NCBI RefSeq assembly: GCF_006345805.1
Contig: NC_042998.1
Coordinates: forward strand, 169,942,001 to 170,006,000
Direction of reading: 5' to 3'
Length of the DNA: 64,000 nucleotides
Source: Octopus sinensis
Taxonomy: Eukaryota
Position 1 is the first letter of the stretch, and each line of letters starts with the position of its first letter. The notes below the pieces were generated by a model that did not search any database, was not told the DNA's origin, and saw nothing but the letters and a program-made list of their open reading frames with translations. Of this stretch, positions 24,946-38,696 are shown in pieces. Position numbers and translations under genes: made by a program.

Positions 24946-27900
24946 AGAATACACTATTGATGCATTAAGGTGCTGCTATGATTGTAAGTTGTTCAAGCAT
25001 GATTTCAAAATTCTATTGATTTGTTTTGCTAAACTTTTTTGTTTCACAGATATTACTCTTGTATTTCATAGCCTTAGTTTTGTCTTAAGTAGTTTAAATG
25101 CATTGGTTTGTGCTGTAGCTTCCATTAAACAAAAATTGTTCTTTCAGTATGGTTATAGCATACAAATTGTTTCATATCAAGATTTCTTTCTTTATCAATG
25201 CAATATTTGACAAGTGTTCAATATTGTATTAAAGTTAGCTATGTAGTTCATGTCAGTTCTATGACACATCAAAGACTATTGGAAGTATTCCACTCAGATG
25301 CACTGTATTATTATTATTATCATCACCATCATCACCATCACCACTATCACCAAAAACTTGTTAGCATGGGGATCAACAGATTTAAACATTCAACTTTTGT
25401 AGTGATTGAAGTTAATTCCTCAGCTCCAAACAAAATCCTTTTTTAAAGACTAGACTGACATCTCAGAGTAAAACATTACAAGAATTTCCGGAAAGTACTT
25501 AAAAAAGAACGATATTTATGCACCCTTTACCTCACAAACACCTATTTATACCCACTGTCTTTTAGTTGAAAGTCAGAAGAGTTTTTTACATAAAAACCTA
25601 CTAATCTTAATTAATCCTAGACCGTTTTTTCCTTGATGCACTAAAGGAAGTCTGCATTTATGCATAAAATCGACTTAAAGGAATGTCAGTGCAAAACTAA
25701 CATGAAGGGGGTAATTTTATGCAAGTTTGCTACTAAGATTTCATTTCATTTAACTCAGTCAAGTGGAAAATAAATTGTTTTAATTACTTTTAAATTTATG
25801 GCTGGTTGTTTATAAAATTTAAATTACATACAAATACTGATGTGGTTACTGTGCTAAGTGACTCAAACCAAAACACACTTACAGAAAGAAAATGAACAAC
25901 AAGCCATAGTTGTTCTTTTTACATTAACATTAAAAAATTATGAAAACCAACTTCATTTATTTTAAACGAAATATATAAATTTTGGAAATTTAAAGAAACT
26001 TAAAATCATAACAAAAATAAATTATTTCGTTTTTATTATCAGGCATTCAATTAAAAAAAATTTTTTTCGAGTAAAAAGAAGAGTGCCACTCATAACCATT
26101 GCATGAACTCTCTCAATTGATATGATTGACATTTAGCTTCAATTTCTAGAAGATAATAACCAAAGAAGGAAAAATTAGCAGAGAATGGATTTCAGAGGGC
26201 TGTGATTCTGAGAAGAGATGATAGGGAAAGATGTTTAGTGTAGGATTCGAGAGAAAAAAACATAGCAGGGACGATAAGAGCAGGTGGGTGCAACCAGGTT
26301 TAAGTAAAGGTGGAAGGTCTCAGCTTATTTGACCAGTGGCATCTCATGTTAAAGCAAGCAGATTAACAACCAGAAAACAAAAGCAACTGACAAATATCAA
26401 CCAAAGCATTAAATTGAACACAGCCTACCATCTTTCACAAGACTCCATTGAATAATGATATACAAAAAAACCAAAAAAAAATGGGATGGTCATGACTGGA
26501 ATGCCATTGATTTGCTTAGTCAGAGATGACCTGCAGGTAAACATTAACATCTATGATCACTATTTTCTGGCTACTGGTTTTTAAAAATAAAAACATGTGG
26601 GAAAAACAAAAGGATCCCAAAAGATTTATGATTAAAAAAGTAATCTAATAAAGTAGACTGTTTTAGTTTCATACTTGGTTTTCGAGTTATCAAATGCCCA
26701 TCAATAAGCAGTCGCCAAGTCAAATACTATTTGGTGCCAGTTTGGACATAAAAAATTAAACATTTCAACCAACAACACTAGTTAAGTTGAATTAATATTA
26801 GCATTGAAGTTGCCTTACAAAAGATTATGAATAGAACTGATAACAGTGTTGGATATGGTACAGTTTGTGAACGAATCAAAAGCAGATTGTATGCAAACGT
26901 CTATGCTTGCTGTTGAAGCATTACTTTTTCATTGCCTAGAAGCTGTAGTTCTTACTCTCTTATCAATACCACCAGGAAGCAACTATCAATGCAGACACTT
27001 CCTTATCCAAAAGAATATAGAAAAGCATTTCATAAATGTTCAAAATATCCAAAATCAAAGAGAAAGTAAAAGGAAATAGATGAAAGCAGTGATAGAATAT
27101 TTGGTGATATGAAGACCTTTTAAACTATTTTCTTGAGTAAAACAAATAAAATTCCGTCTTTTGGTGTATTAATGTGAAAATAAAAGGAGTAACTTAATAA
27201 AATATCTTTTGCTTATTTTAGCACTTTGATAATTTCAATGAAATGACATAACATAGAAACAACACTTAAATTTGCTTAAAAAAATCAGTTATCTTTATAG
27301 TGTATATATCTATTTTATGTATATACTTTCTTTATAAACAATTATTTCAGTCTGTTTTTCTCAGATTCAGCTGTATTTTCTTTATATTGCCTTTAAAAGA
27401 TTTTCATGCTCAATTAAATACTTAGTTATTTTAAAATGTTTATCAAAGGTTTCTATATAATTTAATAATGGTGCTTTATGTTAGAAAAGCAAAGTCAAGT
27501 TTCAATGAAACAATATCTGCTTTAATATTGTTTTAAAAAAAACTGTTACATGAATTTTTTTTTTTTTTAACTACCAGCAAAGCTTAAATAGGTTTTATAT
27601 ATCCGAACAATTATCGGTGGAAAAATTCTACAACTGGAGGCTTTCCAGTTGTGAAACATTCAAGCATGAAATATGTGGGACACTCATTATCAGAAAGGGG
27701 GCAAATGAATGACTGAGAAATTATCTCCTCTAAAATGATGAGTGAGACAGATTTAAGTTGTCACAAAAATGATTGCCACAAAATTAGAATTTTATTTTCT
27801 AGCATCTTATATGCAGGCATTTGCATAAATTTTAGAACCATTTGTCATTGGTGAGCACTATTTCTTGGTAATATATAAATATTAGACCCAAAGATACCAT

Positions 27901-27946
27901 GGGATTCAGAGAAGTACTAAATGAAAGCCTCTCACCCTACCATGTT

Positions 27947-28176
27947 TCTTATTTCTTTATTGCCCACAAGGGGCTAAACATAGAGGGGACAAACAAAGAC
28001 AAACGGATTAAGTTGATTATATCGACCCCAGTGCGTAACTGGTACTTATTTAATTGACCCCGAAAGGATGAAATGCAAAGTCGACCTCGGAGGAATTTGA
28101 ACTCAGAACGCAAAGACAGACGAAATACTGCTAAGCATTTCACCTGGCGTGCTAACGTTCCTGCCAGCTCACCACC
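27947..28176 (-). mobile_element. Nin/Deu-domain SINE, full length
   Basis: Minus strand GTCGACTTTGCATTTCATCCTTTCGGGGTCAATTAAATAAGTACCAG core; TSD (CC)TACCATGTT on both sides. Confidence 0.85.
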
Positions 28177-28224
28177 TACCATGTTATTCTCTAAATAGTC
28201 TGTCACACATGCACATGTATATGT

Positions 28225-28405
28225 GTACATGATGGTTGTAAATGAGCATCATTGTCATACAAACAACATTGTTCATTTCCAATCTCCCATGAAAAACATG
28301 TCTACTTATGGGGGAAATATTATCTTACCTGGAAACAGGTGAGAACTAATGACAGGAAGGGCATCTGTCAGGTCCATGTAAGCATGGAAAAGTGGACATT
28401 AACTG
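28225..28405 (+). mobile_element. SINE family E 3' part
   Basis: CTTACCTGGAAACAGGTGAG..GGAAGGGCATC..CCATGTAAGCATGGAAAAGTGGACATTAA (RTE-type terminus). Confidence 0.55.
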
Positions 28406-28573
28406 ATATTTTAGGTCTTACCTCAGGAGAAAAAGATTCATGGGATATTCAGAATTATATCAGTGATAGAATAAATGGAGTTATAATGGAAAATTATTTA
28501 TAAAAGCTATAAAAATGTCACAGAACATTCAAGGATATATTCAACTAAAGCAAAGAAAAATCAGCTTTTAGAA

Positions 28574-28950
28574 ATCATCATCATCCTCATCATTTAACGT
28601 CCGTTTTCCATGCTGGCATGGTTGGACAATTTGACAGAAGCTGACTGGCTGAAGGGCTGTTCAGGCTTCATGTCTGTTTTGGCATTTCTATGGCTGGATG
28701 CTCTTCGTAATGCTAACTACTTTACAGAATGTACCGGGTGCTTTTATGCAGCACCAGCATGGGTACTTTTTATGTTGCACCAGTACCTATGAGCCTAGAA
28801 GATTAGGGATGCTTAGCTGGGGAGGGTTGCAGGGGATGAGCCTGTATGCAAGGGCAACCATGCTTTTACTTAGCTTGACACGTCTTTTCATGCACAGCAA
28901 ACCACCAGGAGTCTAGGTCCCCTGTCATTCCCTCTGTGAGTCCCAACAAA
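28574..28950 (-). mobile_element. RTE-type 3' end
   Basis: (TCA)n tail plus TTTAACGTCCGTTTTCCATGCTGGCATGG, near-identical to the young RTE terminus. Confidence 0.75.
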
Positions 28951-30008
28951 TAAATCTGAGGACAACACAAACTCCAGGAAAATTTACTGAGAATATGGAG
29001 TGCCTCCAAGTGGTGATATGCGAGTAATGGCAATACTTAATCATATAAGAATATTATGCTTGTGATGTTTTTGCATAATAATACTATTAGCAAGTTCACT
29101 TGCTACACTGGGAAAACATTTATAGAATTGATTTGCATCTCGCTAATCTGAAAATGGCAAATGAAGAGACACCCAGAAAAATTTGCAACACACAGATCTA
29201 TGCATGTGGTTTGTTAACTGTGATTCTTGGAACATTGGCAGAATATGTTAACTTTCAGTAAGTAAATTAACATCTCAATGCTGCAGCAGGTATTGCAATA
29301 GTTACTCTATTTTGTTCATTTGAAACAGCCTAATGCATAAAAATAAATAATAATAAATATGAATCATGTAATAGAAGTAACGTAATCCAGAACAGACAAT
29401 GTAAGAAATAAGACAGTATATATTTGCTTAATCACTTGCTGAGCAGAGTGGCACAGTGACAGCATGGTGGGCCTAAAACCCAGGGGTCCATAATTTGAAA
29501 CTACATCTGTGAAAAAATGGGTGCTATTTTTTATATTCATACATTGCAACTGAGCTGTATACAAATATACAAACCATATACAAGTATACATACCTCTAAG
29601 AGTAGGTACACATTATGCAACAGCAAGTTATATATGGGTAAGGGATCACCAACTGCCCAAGGTACACCAAAACTCAAGTAGTGTAGTTTTGCATTTAGTA
29701 TGGAGGATTATTAATGATAATGTTTTCTATTTGTTAAGAGTAATAAAAATGGTACATTAGAGTAAAGTGAGTAAAAAAACAAAAAAAAACAAACAACAAC
29801 AGATGCCGATCTGAACCAAATAATTATATTAGTATTAGGATGTAGTAGTAACACACAAAATATCCTTGCGGTAGTAGTTGTTTAGCTCAAGGTCAGACCT
29901 GGTCATGTCTTTTTTTATGTATCAAGGACTACATTGTCCAATGCATTAAGATGGTGATTTGAGTGAGATTTGGCTGGTATTTCTAGTAAATCATGTGACT
30001 GCCTGGAA

Positions 30009-30226
30009 CAGTGGTTCTCAATCATTTTTTACTTATAGACTCCTTTGATTCCTATTTTACTCTCCTGGACTTCCAGTCATTCAATGTAAATAAAAAAAAT
30101 CCTACTGTATTTCGATAATCAAATATTAGGAATTGTATAAAAAAAAATTAAAACATTTTGTGTATTGTAGCAATTTATTGCACAAAATTTTAACAAAACT
30201 TATATGGACTCCAGTTAAGAACACTG
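30009..30226 (-). mobile_element. hAT MITE inserted into a family-F repeat
   Basis: CAGTGGTTCTCAA...TTAAGAACACTG; 8-bp TSD GCCTGGAA/GCCTATAA; reverse orientation relative to the 5128 copy. Confidence 0.75.
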
Positions 30227-30442
30227 GCCTATAAACTCCCGTATTGGTTCATACAGAAAAAGTAATTTCATTTTATCAGATGCTTTTGTTCAATACAGAA
30301 TCCTATGTTCTTCACTTTGATGGATAATGAACAGTGGTTGAACAAAATGTGAAAACAAATAATGCTGTATATGAGAGTATGGACAGGACTAAAAGCCATA
30401 TTAGAAGTACTTCTGTGGTAGAATAGAAAATACATATTTTAA

Positions 30443-30717
30443 CCCTTTCATTACTACATTTCTATTAAAATATCCCCTCAATATTTTTCTTCTAATATTA
30501 AAAATTCTCAAGAATTCTAAACAGCTGAAAATTTTTTTTTTCATTATTAAAGCTGTGAATTTAGAAAATAACTTCAGGTTCTCACATAAAATTAAATTCA
30601 AATACGTATATTCAATTTAAATATGTATATTTTATAATGGTATGGTTTATACCAGTGAACATACCTACTTTTTACATACCAACTTGCCTGGAGCCAAGCA
30701 GGTTGGTATGAAAAAGG
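30443..30717. mobile_element. piggyBac-like MITE
   Basis: TTAA|CCCTTTCATTAC...GGTATGAAAAAGG|TTAA. Confidence 0.7.
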
Positions 30718-30759
30718 TTAAATGTTCTAAATAAATTGATTTGATAGTATTGCTAAGTA

Positions 30760-31434
30760 CAGTTCGACCTCGATTATCAAAATGAGACAGGCCGAGAGTA
30801 TTTTGTTCAGTTAACTGTTCAGATAATTGATTGGATCATAATGAAAAGAAGTCACAGTGAATAAACATAATTAGTTAGTTTTTATTAGTTTTACAATGTT
30901 GTACTCTTGTGCAATCTGTCATGCCTTTTCACTATGATCCAAAAGCTGTAAAGTCTTACTTTTCTGTTTGGCTAGTGATAGTGTTTGGTTCCTCTTCTTA
31001 GATATGGTAACAGCAACAAACTCAATTACTTGTGATAGATATGTACTTGGAACAAAATGCAGACTACTAATTTTGATGCATTTTCAAACCCTTCAGCAAG
31101 TATTTTCATTTTTCTTTTTGTCAAAACTTTTAAAAGACACTGATTAAAAAGACCAGATGACATCAAATTAACAGACCAATTCAAATGTAGTACTAATGAT
31201 AACGAAATAAAAGACAGTCATTGCATCTCTGTCATTAGCACATTTTTTATGTAAATTTCATATTTTCTTCAGTTATTTGAATTCACATTTAATCATCATA
31301 CACAAAAGATGAAATGGCAACGTCAATATTACTTTCTAGTGCTACACAGTATGACTAATTAAATACTCATATGATTTTGAGATCTTGTTTTGGTAATCCC
31401 AAAACTTGATGTTTGGATAACTGAGTTCTGACCA
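30760..31434 (-). mobile_element. pogo/Tigger-like deletion derivative retaining the transposase N-terminal HTH remnant
   Basis: TA|CAGTTCGACCTCGATTATC with a degenerate opposite TIR ending at 31434|TA; minus strand 31005-30892 reads ISKKRNQTLSLAKQKSKTLQLLDHSEKA*QIAQEYNIV, CENP-B/psq-HTH-like. Confidence 0.6.
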
Positions 31435-31490
31435 TAATAATGGTATTTTCTAATGAACTTTTGATAGTTGCAGTTAATTTCTTAACTGAA

Positions 31491-31646
31491 TTACAACTGA
31501 AGAGAGATTCAACACTAATTAATATTTCTGATAATAAAATTCTCCCTGCATAAAAAGGAGGTATTTACAACTGAAGAGAGATTCAACACTAATTAATATT
31601 TTTGGTAATAAAACCATTCTCCCTGCATAAAAATGAGGTATATACA
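31491..31646. repeat. Tandem duplication, about 74-bp unit x2
   Basis: TTACAACTGAAGAGAGATTCAACACTAATTAATATTT starts at both 31491 and 31565. Confidence 0.9.
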
Positions 31647-32142
31647 TGGAATAATAGTTCAACATATGTGATAAAAACTAGGGAGTGATAAACTGAGAAT
31701 TAATTTTAAGATGTAAAACATAAAATCAGTGCACAGACTAAGTATATCACAGGCTTCTGGTGCATTAGAAATTTTATGTATACAAACAACTGTACTAAAA
31801 TGGGGTATGTATTAACAATAATGGAAAATGCATGTTAGGTGAGAAAATGAATGCAAGCTGAAACAAGAGTACCAAGAGTTAAGGGGAAGGGACTAAATCT
31901 CATTATAATATTAGGATCTACATATAAAAGATAAATAAATCATCTGCAAAAAAAAATAAAATTACATAATTTATTCTAACATGTACGAAAAAATTGTTGA
32001 GCACATGACTACTAGTTTAGATTTTATGAAATTGAATTGAATAAAAACAACTGAAACAAACTTCAGCATTAATAAACCCAGCTGTTACATATTTGCTTAA
32101 ATTTTACTCTAATGCTCAAAATTTTAAAGTATTACATAACTT

Positions 32143-32386
32143 GTGGAGGCGTGTGGCTTAGTGGTTAGGGTGTCAGCATTATGATCATAAAATTGTGGTT
32201 TTGATTCCTGGACAGGGCGCTGCATTGTGTTCTTGAGCAAAACACTTCATTTCATGTTGCTCCTGTCCACTCAGCTGGCAAAAATGAGTAACGCTGTGAT
32301 GGACTGGCTGGGGAACACATATGCCATAGAAACCAGAAAACCGGGCCCTTGAGCCTGGCTAGGCTTTAAAAGGGTGCATTTATATT
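32143..32386 (+). mobile_element. tRNA-derived SINE with V/Meta-like central domain
   Basis: TGGCTTAGTGG A box, degenerate B box, TTGTGTTCTTGAGCAAAACACTT..GTCCACTCAGCTGG core; perfect 13-bp TSD TATTACATAACTT (32130-32142, 32387-32399). Confidence 0.8.
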
Positions 32387-32430
32387 TATTACATAACTTA
32401 CAATGCTCCTCCAAAAATGTCAGCTATATA

Positions 32431-32832
32431 GGCGTAGGAGTGGCTGTGTGGTAAGTAACTTGCTTACGAAGTACACTGTTCTGGGTTCAGTCCCACTGAG
32501 TGGCACCTTGGGCAAGTGTCTTCTACTATAGCCTCAGGCCGACCAAAGCCTTGTGAGTGGATTTGGTAGACGGAAACTGAAAGAAGCTTGTCGTATATAT
32601 ATATATGTATGTATGTATGTGTGTATATGTTTGTGTGTCTGTGTTTGTCCCCCCCAATATCGCTTGACAACTGATGCTGGTGTGTTTACGTCCCCGTTAC
32701 TTAGCGGTTCACCAAAAGAGACTGATAGAATAAGTACTAGGCTTACAAAAAATAAGTCCTAGGGTTGATTTTCTCGACTAAAGGTGGTGCTCCAGCATGG
32801 CCACAGTCAAATGACTGAAACAAGTAAAAGAG
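32431..32832 (+). mobile_element. SINE family A, full length
   Basis: GGCGTAGGAGTGGCTGTGTGG..GGGTTCAGTCCC head; very similar to the 6593 copy. Confidence 0.9.
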
Positions 32833-32916
32833 TATACTTCAATAGCAATACTAAGTATTGGTGTGTTTTTACTTGAGTGCACTAATAAAGCAGATTCTAA
32901 CACTGTCATTTATATT

Positions 32917-33503
32917 TTATCATTTACTTGTTTTAGTCATTGTATTGCAGCCATGCTGGGACACTGCCTTGAAAAGTTTTTAGTCAAACAAATCAATCCA
33001 AGTACATATTTTTTAAGTGTGTCACTTACTCTTTTAATGCTGAGCCTCTAGGTCACAAGGATGTAAATGATTACAGGATGTAAACAAAAGAACACAGGTT
33101 GTCAAGCAGTGGGAGGAGGTCAAACAGACACAAAGACACACAACATACATTTGAGGGGGTGCTGAAAAGTTCCTGGCTTTAAGAGTATTGTGAAAGACCT
33201 AGCTGGAGGCCCAACCTTGAGTTTTTTTACAGGACTTAGAAAAACTGAAGGACCACTGCAATAAGTGTGTGAATCTCAGAGTGGAATATGTTGAATAAAA
33301 TCATAACTGATTATCCTGTATTTTATTTTACCCAAAACCAGGAATTTTTCAGCACCCTCTTGTATATAGGCATACACACAATGTTTTCCATGCAGTCTCA
33401 GTCTACCCAGTTGGCTTGGTGATACAGCAGAAGTGTTGTACAATGGAACTGAACCTGAAACCATGAGGTTGGAAATCAAGCTTCTTAACCACACTGCCAT
33501 ACT
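32917..33503 (-). mobile_element. SINE family A (older), interrupted by a MITE
   Basis: Tail TTTTACTTGTTTTAGTCAT at about 32922; head CTTCTTAACCACACTGCCAT at about 33481. Confidence 0.75.
33152..33362. mobile_element. mariner-like MITE
   Basis: TIR GAGGGGGTGCTGAAAAGTTCCTGG / CCAGGAATTTTTCAGCACCCTCTTG|TA; second copy at 39962. Confidence 0.75.
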
Positions 33504-34039
33504 TTTTGTAAGTCCAGTAACCCTAGGAAATATTTCATTTAATGTTTTGCTGTCCATACAATGGCAATACTACATATGAAAAGTCAACTTTGTAATAATT
33601 ATTTTCACTTTGAAAATTAAACCAAATACAATTCTGTGAGTAAACAAACTGAACTAAAAACAATAAACTTTTAGCTCTGTGCATAAAAATGCAAATGTAA
33701 ATTAAGCAATTAGAGAAAAGAAAACTGTAAACAGTATTATCAATTACAATATCTAAACATAAAATTCAATAACTTCTTTGTTTCTGCCTCTAATTCCCAG
33801 CCATATCAAAAACTGGAACTTCCTTGCAGACTGCAACCTGTAGGCCTGTCTGTGGATTCATACAATTCCTAGGTTTTGTGTTGATTGAAAGAAGAGAACT
33901 GAATCCAGATTCCCACAAGTATGCCATTGCAAATGGAATGAAGTCACAGTTCTAGGTCATAATTCCTTGAGGGTTAAATCTACATATGTTAAATAATAAA
34001 GCTCTTCATGTACATAGCTTTAGCTTTTAGGGTTGTTTA

Positions 34040-34315
34040 TTTTTTTCAGTCATTGAACTGTGGCCATGCTGGAGCACCATCTTCAAGGGTTCAGTTGAAC
34101 AAATCTACCCCAGTACTTATTCTATTGGTTCTCTCTTGTTAAACTGCTAAATTACAGGAATGTAAACAAACCAACATCAGTTGTTGAGCAGTGGGTGAAG
34201 GGACCAATACAAACACAATGACACACACAAATGTATACACTACATATATATATTCACACACATACAATGAGCTTCCACACAATTTCTGTCAACCAAATTC
34301 ACTCACAAAGCTTTA
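34040..34315 (-). mobile_element. SINE family A, 5'-truncated
   Basis: TTCAGTCATTGAACTGTGGCCATGCTGGAGCACC tail through AAATTCACTCACAAAGC. Confidence 0.75.
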
Positions 34316-34724
34316 GGTCATTCATAATTTTCTTTTAAGCTAATAATTTTATTTTGAAAAGCAATTTTAATAATACATTCTTCCCCTCTTTATTGCATCC
34401 CCTGAAATACCATCTTGCATCCTCAAGGGCTGTGGGTACTCAAACTGCAAACTTCTGTCCTAATTCAAACTAGTCCCACAGTTCTTATGAGAAGAAATCT
34501 TTTAGGAGAAGCAATGTAACTGAAAGAAATATTTTTTGCCATGAGGAGAAAAGAAATTTCACTTTTGGGCATTCATGTCCTCTGATAAATACGTATTAAA
34601 ACTTTGTATGCATAAAAAGAGCTAAGACTATTCAAGGGAATAACTAGAGTTTTATCAGTCTTGGAGAATTTACAAAGGCCAAGACAACAACCCATTCCCC
34701 AATAGTAAATCAATAACAAAGGTA

Positions 34725-34910
34725 TTTGTTGTTTATCCCTAGGTCAATTGATCAATGGCTTTTCAACCATGACCAGCCCATCTTCCTTGTACATTAGGCA
34801 TTATATTGTCTAACACCCTTCTTTAACATAGTAGAATATAATTTGTGAGAGGTTTGGCTGATGTTGCAAGCAGAGAAAGCAATCCAGTAGAGGCTCTTTC
34901 ATTGGCTCAA
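34725..34910 (-). mobile_element. Family-F repeat, near full-span copy
   Basis: TTGTTGTTTA tail to AGAGGCTCTTTCATTGGCTC head, with the GAGGTTTGGCTG core. Confidence 0.65.
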
Positions 34911-37900
34911 TGTATTCTATGTAAATCTTACTAGTTCTCAGAGATAATTTATAAGTTTTTGTTCTTTCTTAATTATGTAAATTATCTTCAACCATAGGAA
35001 TCTTTATCAGTACAACTACATACAAAGTTTACAAATGTATATTGCTATTGAAAATGAAAACAAACATTACTTATGAGGTGATCTGACAGTCATTATTTCC
35101 TCTAAATTGAAATTATACCAATTAGTTATCAATTTGGTCACAGACACTTAATTAGGTCACACATTGTGAATGAAGTATGTTTTTACAAGATAGATCATCC
35201 CACATATGAAAAAAGCAGCTATTAACTATTTTCCAACAATGTAATGGCTTTTTACTTCATTACTAAAAATGTTTTGAAAGCAACAAACAACTAGTTGGAT
35301 TTATTTTCTGAAAAATAACTTTATATAGTCATATGCAGGCACTCCCCAGCAGTGATAAGGAAATGTCCTATAAAATTATAGAATAATTTAATTATTGCCT
35401 TTACTAAGATAGCAGGAGCATTCAAAGAAATAAGACTGTGAGAAAACCCATAAACAAGATTTTTATGTGAGAGAAAAGAAAACAGAATGACAGTTTCATA
35501 TTTTTATCATGGATGCTTAATTTTTGACAAAATTAGAGAGAAAAAAAATTATTCATCAAATTGACATTTGAGATTTAGTATCATCTCTGGTCCTATTCTT
35601 TAATATTGCTTTTATAATTTGAGAAACTGAAGTTTGCTAACTAACCAATTGAAAGAATTTTTATCATGGTGCAGCCATTGGTTTAACATTTATTTTAAGC
35701 AATTTGAACTGCCAACTGGTTAAAAAAGTAGTTACTTTAACCTCACAATATCTTCAGCAGAAACAGGTTGGTTTGGAGATAACAGAAAAACTATCAGTAA
35801 TGTGGTATAAGCATATCCCAAAACCTAGTCATCAGTGATATCAACTACAGGGAATCATAAATGATATAAAATGTTTGTTTTTATATAACAAATGTGAAGC
35901 CACTACCAATGTAGTCAGTATTGGTAAACAATAAGTATGGTTAGTGTGAATGAATGGCCTATAAGAGCTTTGAAGTACAAAGTGAAGAGGTATTATAGAA
36001 TTACAGTCAGGATTAGCAACACACTATTTTTGCACTAAAGTCAAAACAAAATGTCCTGTTCTGATATAATTACAGAATAAAGTGAAAGAGCAGTAAAAAT
36101 TTGGAGGCAAAGTAAAACAAAAAAATTAAGCATTGATGTTATTCATAAGTGCTGTGCTTTGTTTAGTTGAAAAATAGGGCATATAGTGCCCTTATTGATG
36201 AGATAACTACTGGGGCAGGCTAATGAAACCTTACATGAAACTATTAACATAGAAAAAAAAAGATACATTAAACAATATACTCCCTGATATAAAAAAGGCC
36301 AGTTGATCATGGATAGAATACCCTTGACCACAGGTCTGCTTTAACAGGTTTCCTGTGGGTAAACAACAACATAAAGGGATATATTGTGGCATTTTATACT
36401 GCCCCACTAGTCATTGTTTTAACCTTTTATTGATTTATACATGCTAAATGAAACTTGAAAATATTGTAGGATGCATTATGAAAGCCATTTAACATCCATA
36501 ACTACTGAACAGATCATCAACAAAAGAATACAATAAATATTGATATCCTGAAGAGATCTATAAGAAAATAGAATATATTTAAATCAAAACTTAAAAGGAG
36601 GCTGAAATTATTTTAACAAATTCTTGTCTTCAAATGCTAGAGTGCTAACAATGATATAATTTATAGCCTCCATAACCAACTTCAACAAAAGAGAAAATCA
36701 AAAACAAAAAATTTGATTCATATTGGCACCCAAGAGAAAAATGAGGATAAAAATTGATTTTTGTTTTTCTTTCCCATGGCCCTGTGTTTATATTTTTCAT
36801 ATGCATTCTACATTGAACAAGAGAAAGGAATTTAAGCCAACAGCTAGAATTACTAATTGAAATAATTAGTCGAAACAGACTACAGATATGTGAAAGCAGT
36901 GCATTTTTGGCAGGTTTTACAATAGGTCATCCTAATGTTAATCAAAACAACTGATTTATTTTAGAAATCTACTATCCCAAGCGAAAGTTTGAAGAAACCT
37001 ACATTTTAATTGGTAGAACTGATATGTCTAAAGAAAAAAAAAGTTTGCATACTCATTCAGGACCATGTAAATATTGATAGGATAGGCTAAAACAGATAAA
37101 ATTGGATTCTGTAACAGCTCCAGTCTTTCCAGGTCAAATATAGTGTGTGATTAGTGTAATTATAGAGCATAAAAATAACTGAAAAGCAGTAAGTCAGATC
37201 TCTCTTGAAAATGAATAACAAAAGAAATAGAGAAACAAATATGTTAAAAGTGGTACTGAATTTTATAAGGAAATTGATTATTCTAATACATAAAATGATA
37301 ATGTGATTGGAGGTATACACACAGTCATTTGAGTGCTGGTTAGAATACCTCCTGGTATTTGTTTTAATATTGTATTCTGAGTTCAAGTATGAACTAGGTG
37401 AACATTACCTTTCATCTTTTGAGGTAAAAAAAAAAAAAAATGTACTAATCTAGGGCAGTGAATTGGCAAAATGTTTATTAGAAAATTTACTGATGCAGGA
37501 TCCTAACAGTAAATGTCCTTCCTAACAGTAAATATTTTTCTCTGCAAAAATAAAAATATTTTTTATTAATCATTAATTAAATGTGGATTGAAATTATTCA
37601 AATTTCATTTGAAGACGTATTTTTAGAAACCTTTATTTAAATCAAAAATACACTTTAGGTACCAGGTTAAATAATTTCTTTTTATTAAGACAAATGAGAC
37701 TTCAGTGCATTTTCAGTAGTACCTCTCATAGCTGATGCATTGAATATCTTTTTGTATTGGCTCTTTTCACAGCTGTGTTCATTGGTTCTTTTGATATGAT
37801 TAACTATGCATGTCAACGTGAAGATTAAAACCCCATGAGTCTTTGGCATGTCTTTGAAAAGTGTTCTGTGACCATCCCATTTTCCTTAACTATTCCAATT

Positions 37901-38696
37901 TGACCACCTAGTCTTTTTTTCTGAAGAGTGTTTCAAATGGAACCACCATCTTTTCAAGACAAAATCTCCCTTGTGTCACACCTTACCATCTGCTCTAAAT
38001 AGTATGATGTAGACTGGGGTACACTCATTGTTGTCATTTTATATTCATTTTCCATACTGGCAAGAGTTGGATGGTTTCACAGGATCTGATGAGTTGAATA
38101 ACTATCTCATATTCAAGCAACTCAGATCACACACAATATACCAAGCATGGCCATTACTCTGTTAGCAGCAGAGACACAGGTCTTCTTTTCTACTAAGCAT
38201 AACTTCAGTTTGAGTTAAGTTTACTTTAAAGCCTAGAAAATACAAGATGGGATGGTTATTGGTGAAACGCCTTTGATCATCATCTTGCTAGATCATAGTT
38301 AACCTGGAGCTGAACAACAACAACAAACAACAGAAAGGTCAATGAAAAGATGGCAATCTATATACAGTTATGTGAAAAGATCCAATGGAAAAATGACATT
38401 CAAAAACTATGGGGGGATAATATTGAAAAAGCATCAATATTTTTCTAAGAAGACAGTATAACCTACACACACACATTATAAATAGATTAATATAGATGTG
38501 ACTTTGGACAGAAGAAATCTGACAAGCAGCCAGGTTCCAGAAATTTTTGGATAACTATTTTAGAGTAAAAAAAATAGCATTGAAAAATAGTTATTGGATG
38601 AAACATTTCTAGTTCGATTCATGTTAAAAATCAGTTTCTAATTACTTTTTGTCCTTTCTCTAATTTTAAGAAAACAAAAAGTTCATATATTCATTT

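Noticed and set aside
25198-25446. ORF with poly-Tyr/poly-His run
   Set aside because: Translation of a (TAT)n(CAT/CAC)n microsatellite; no other coding signal.
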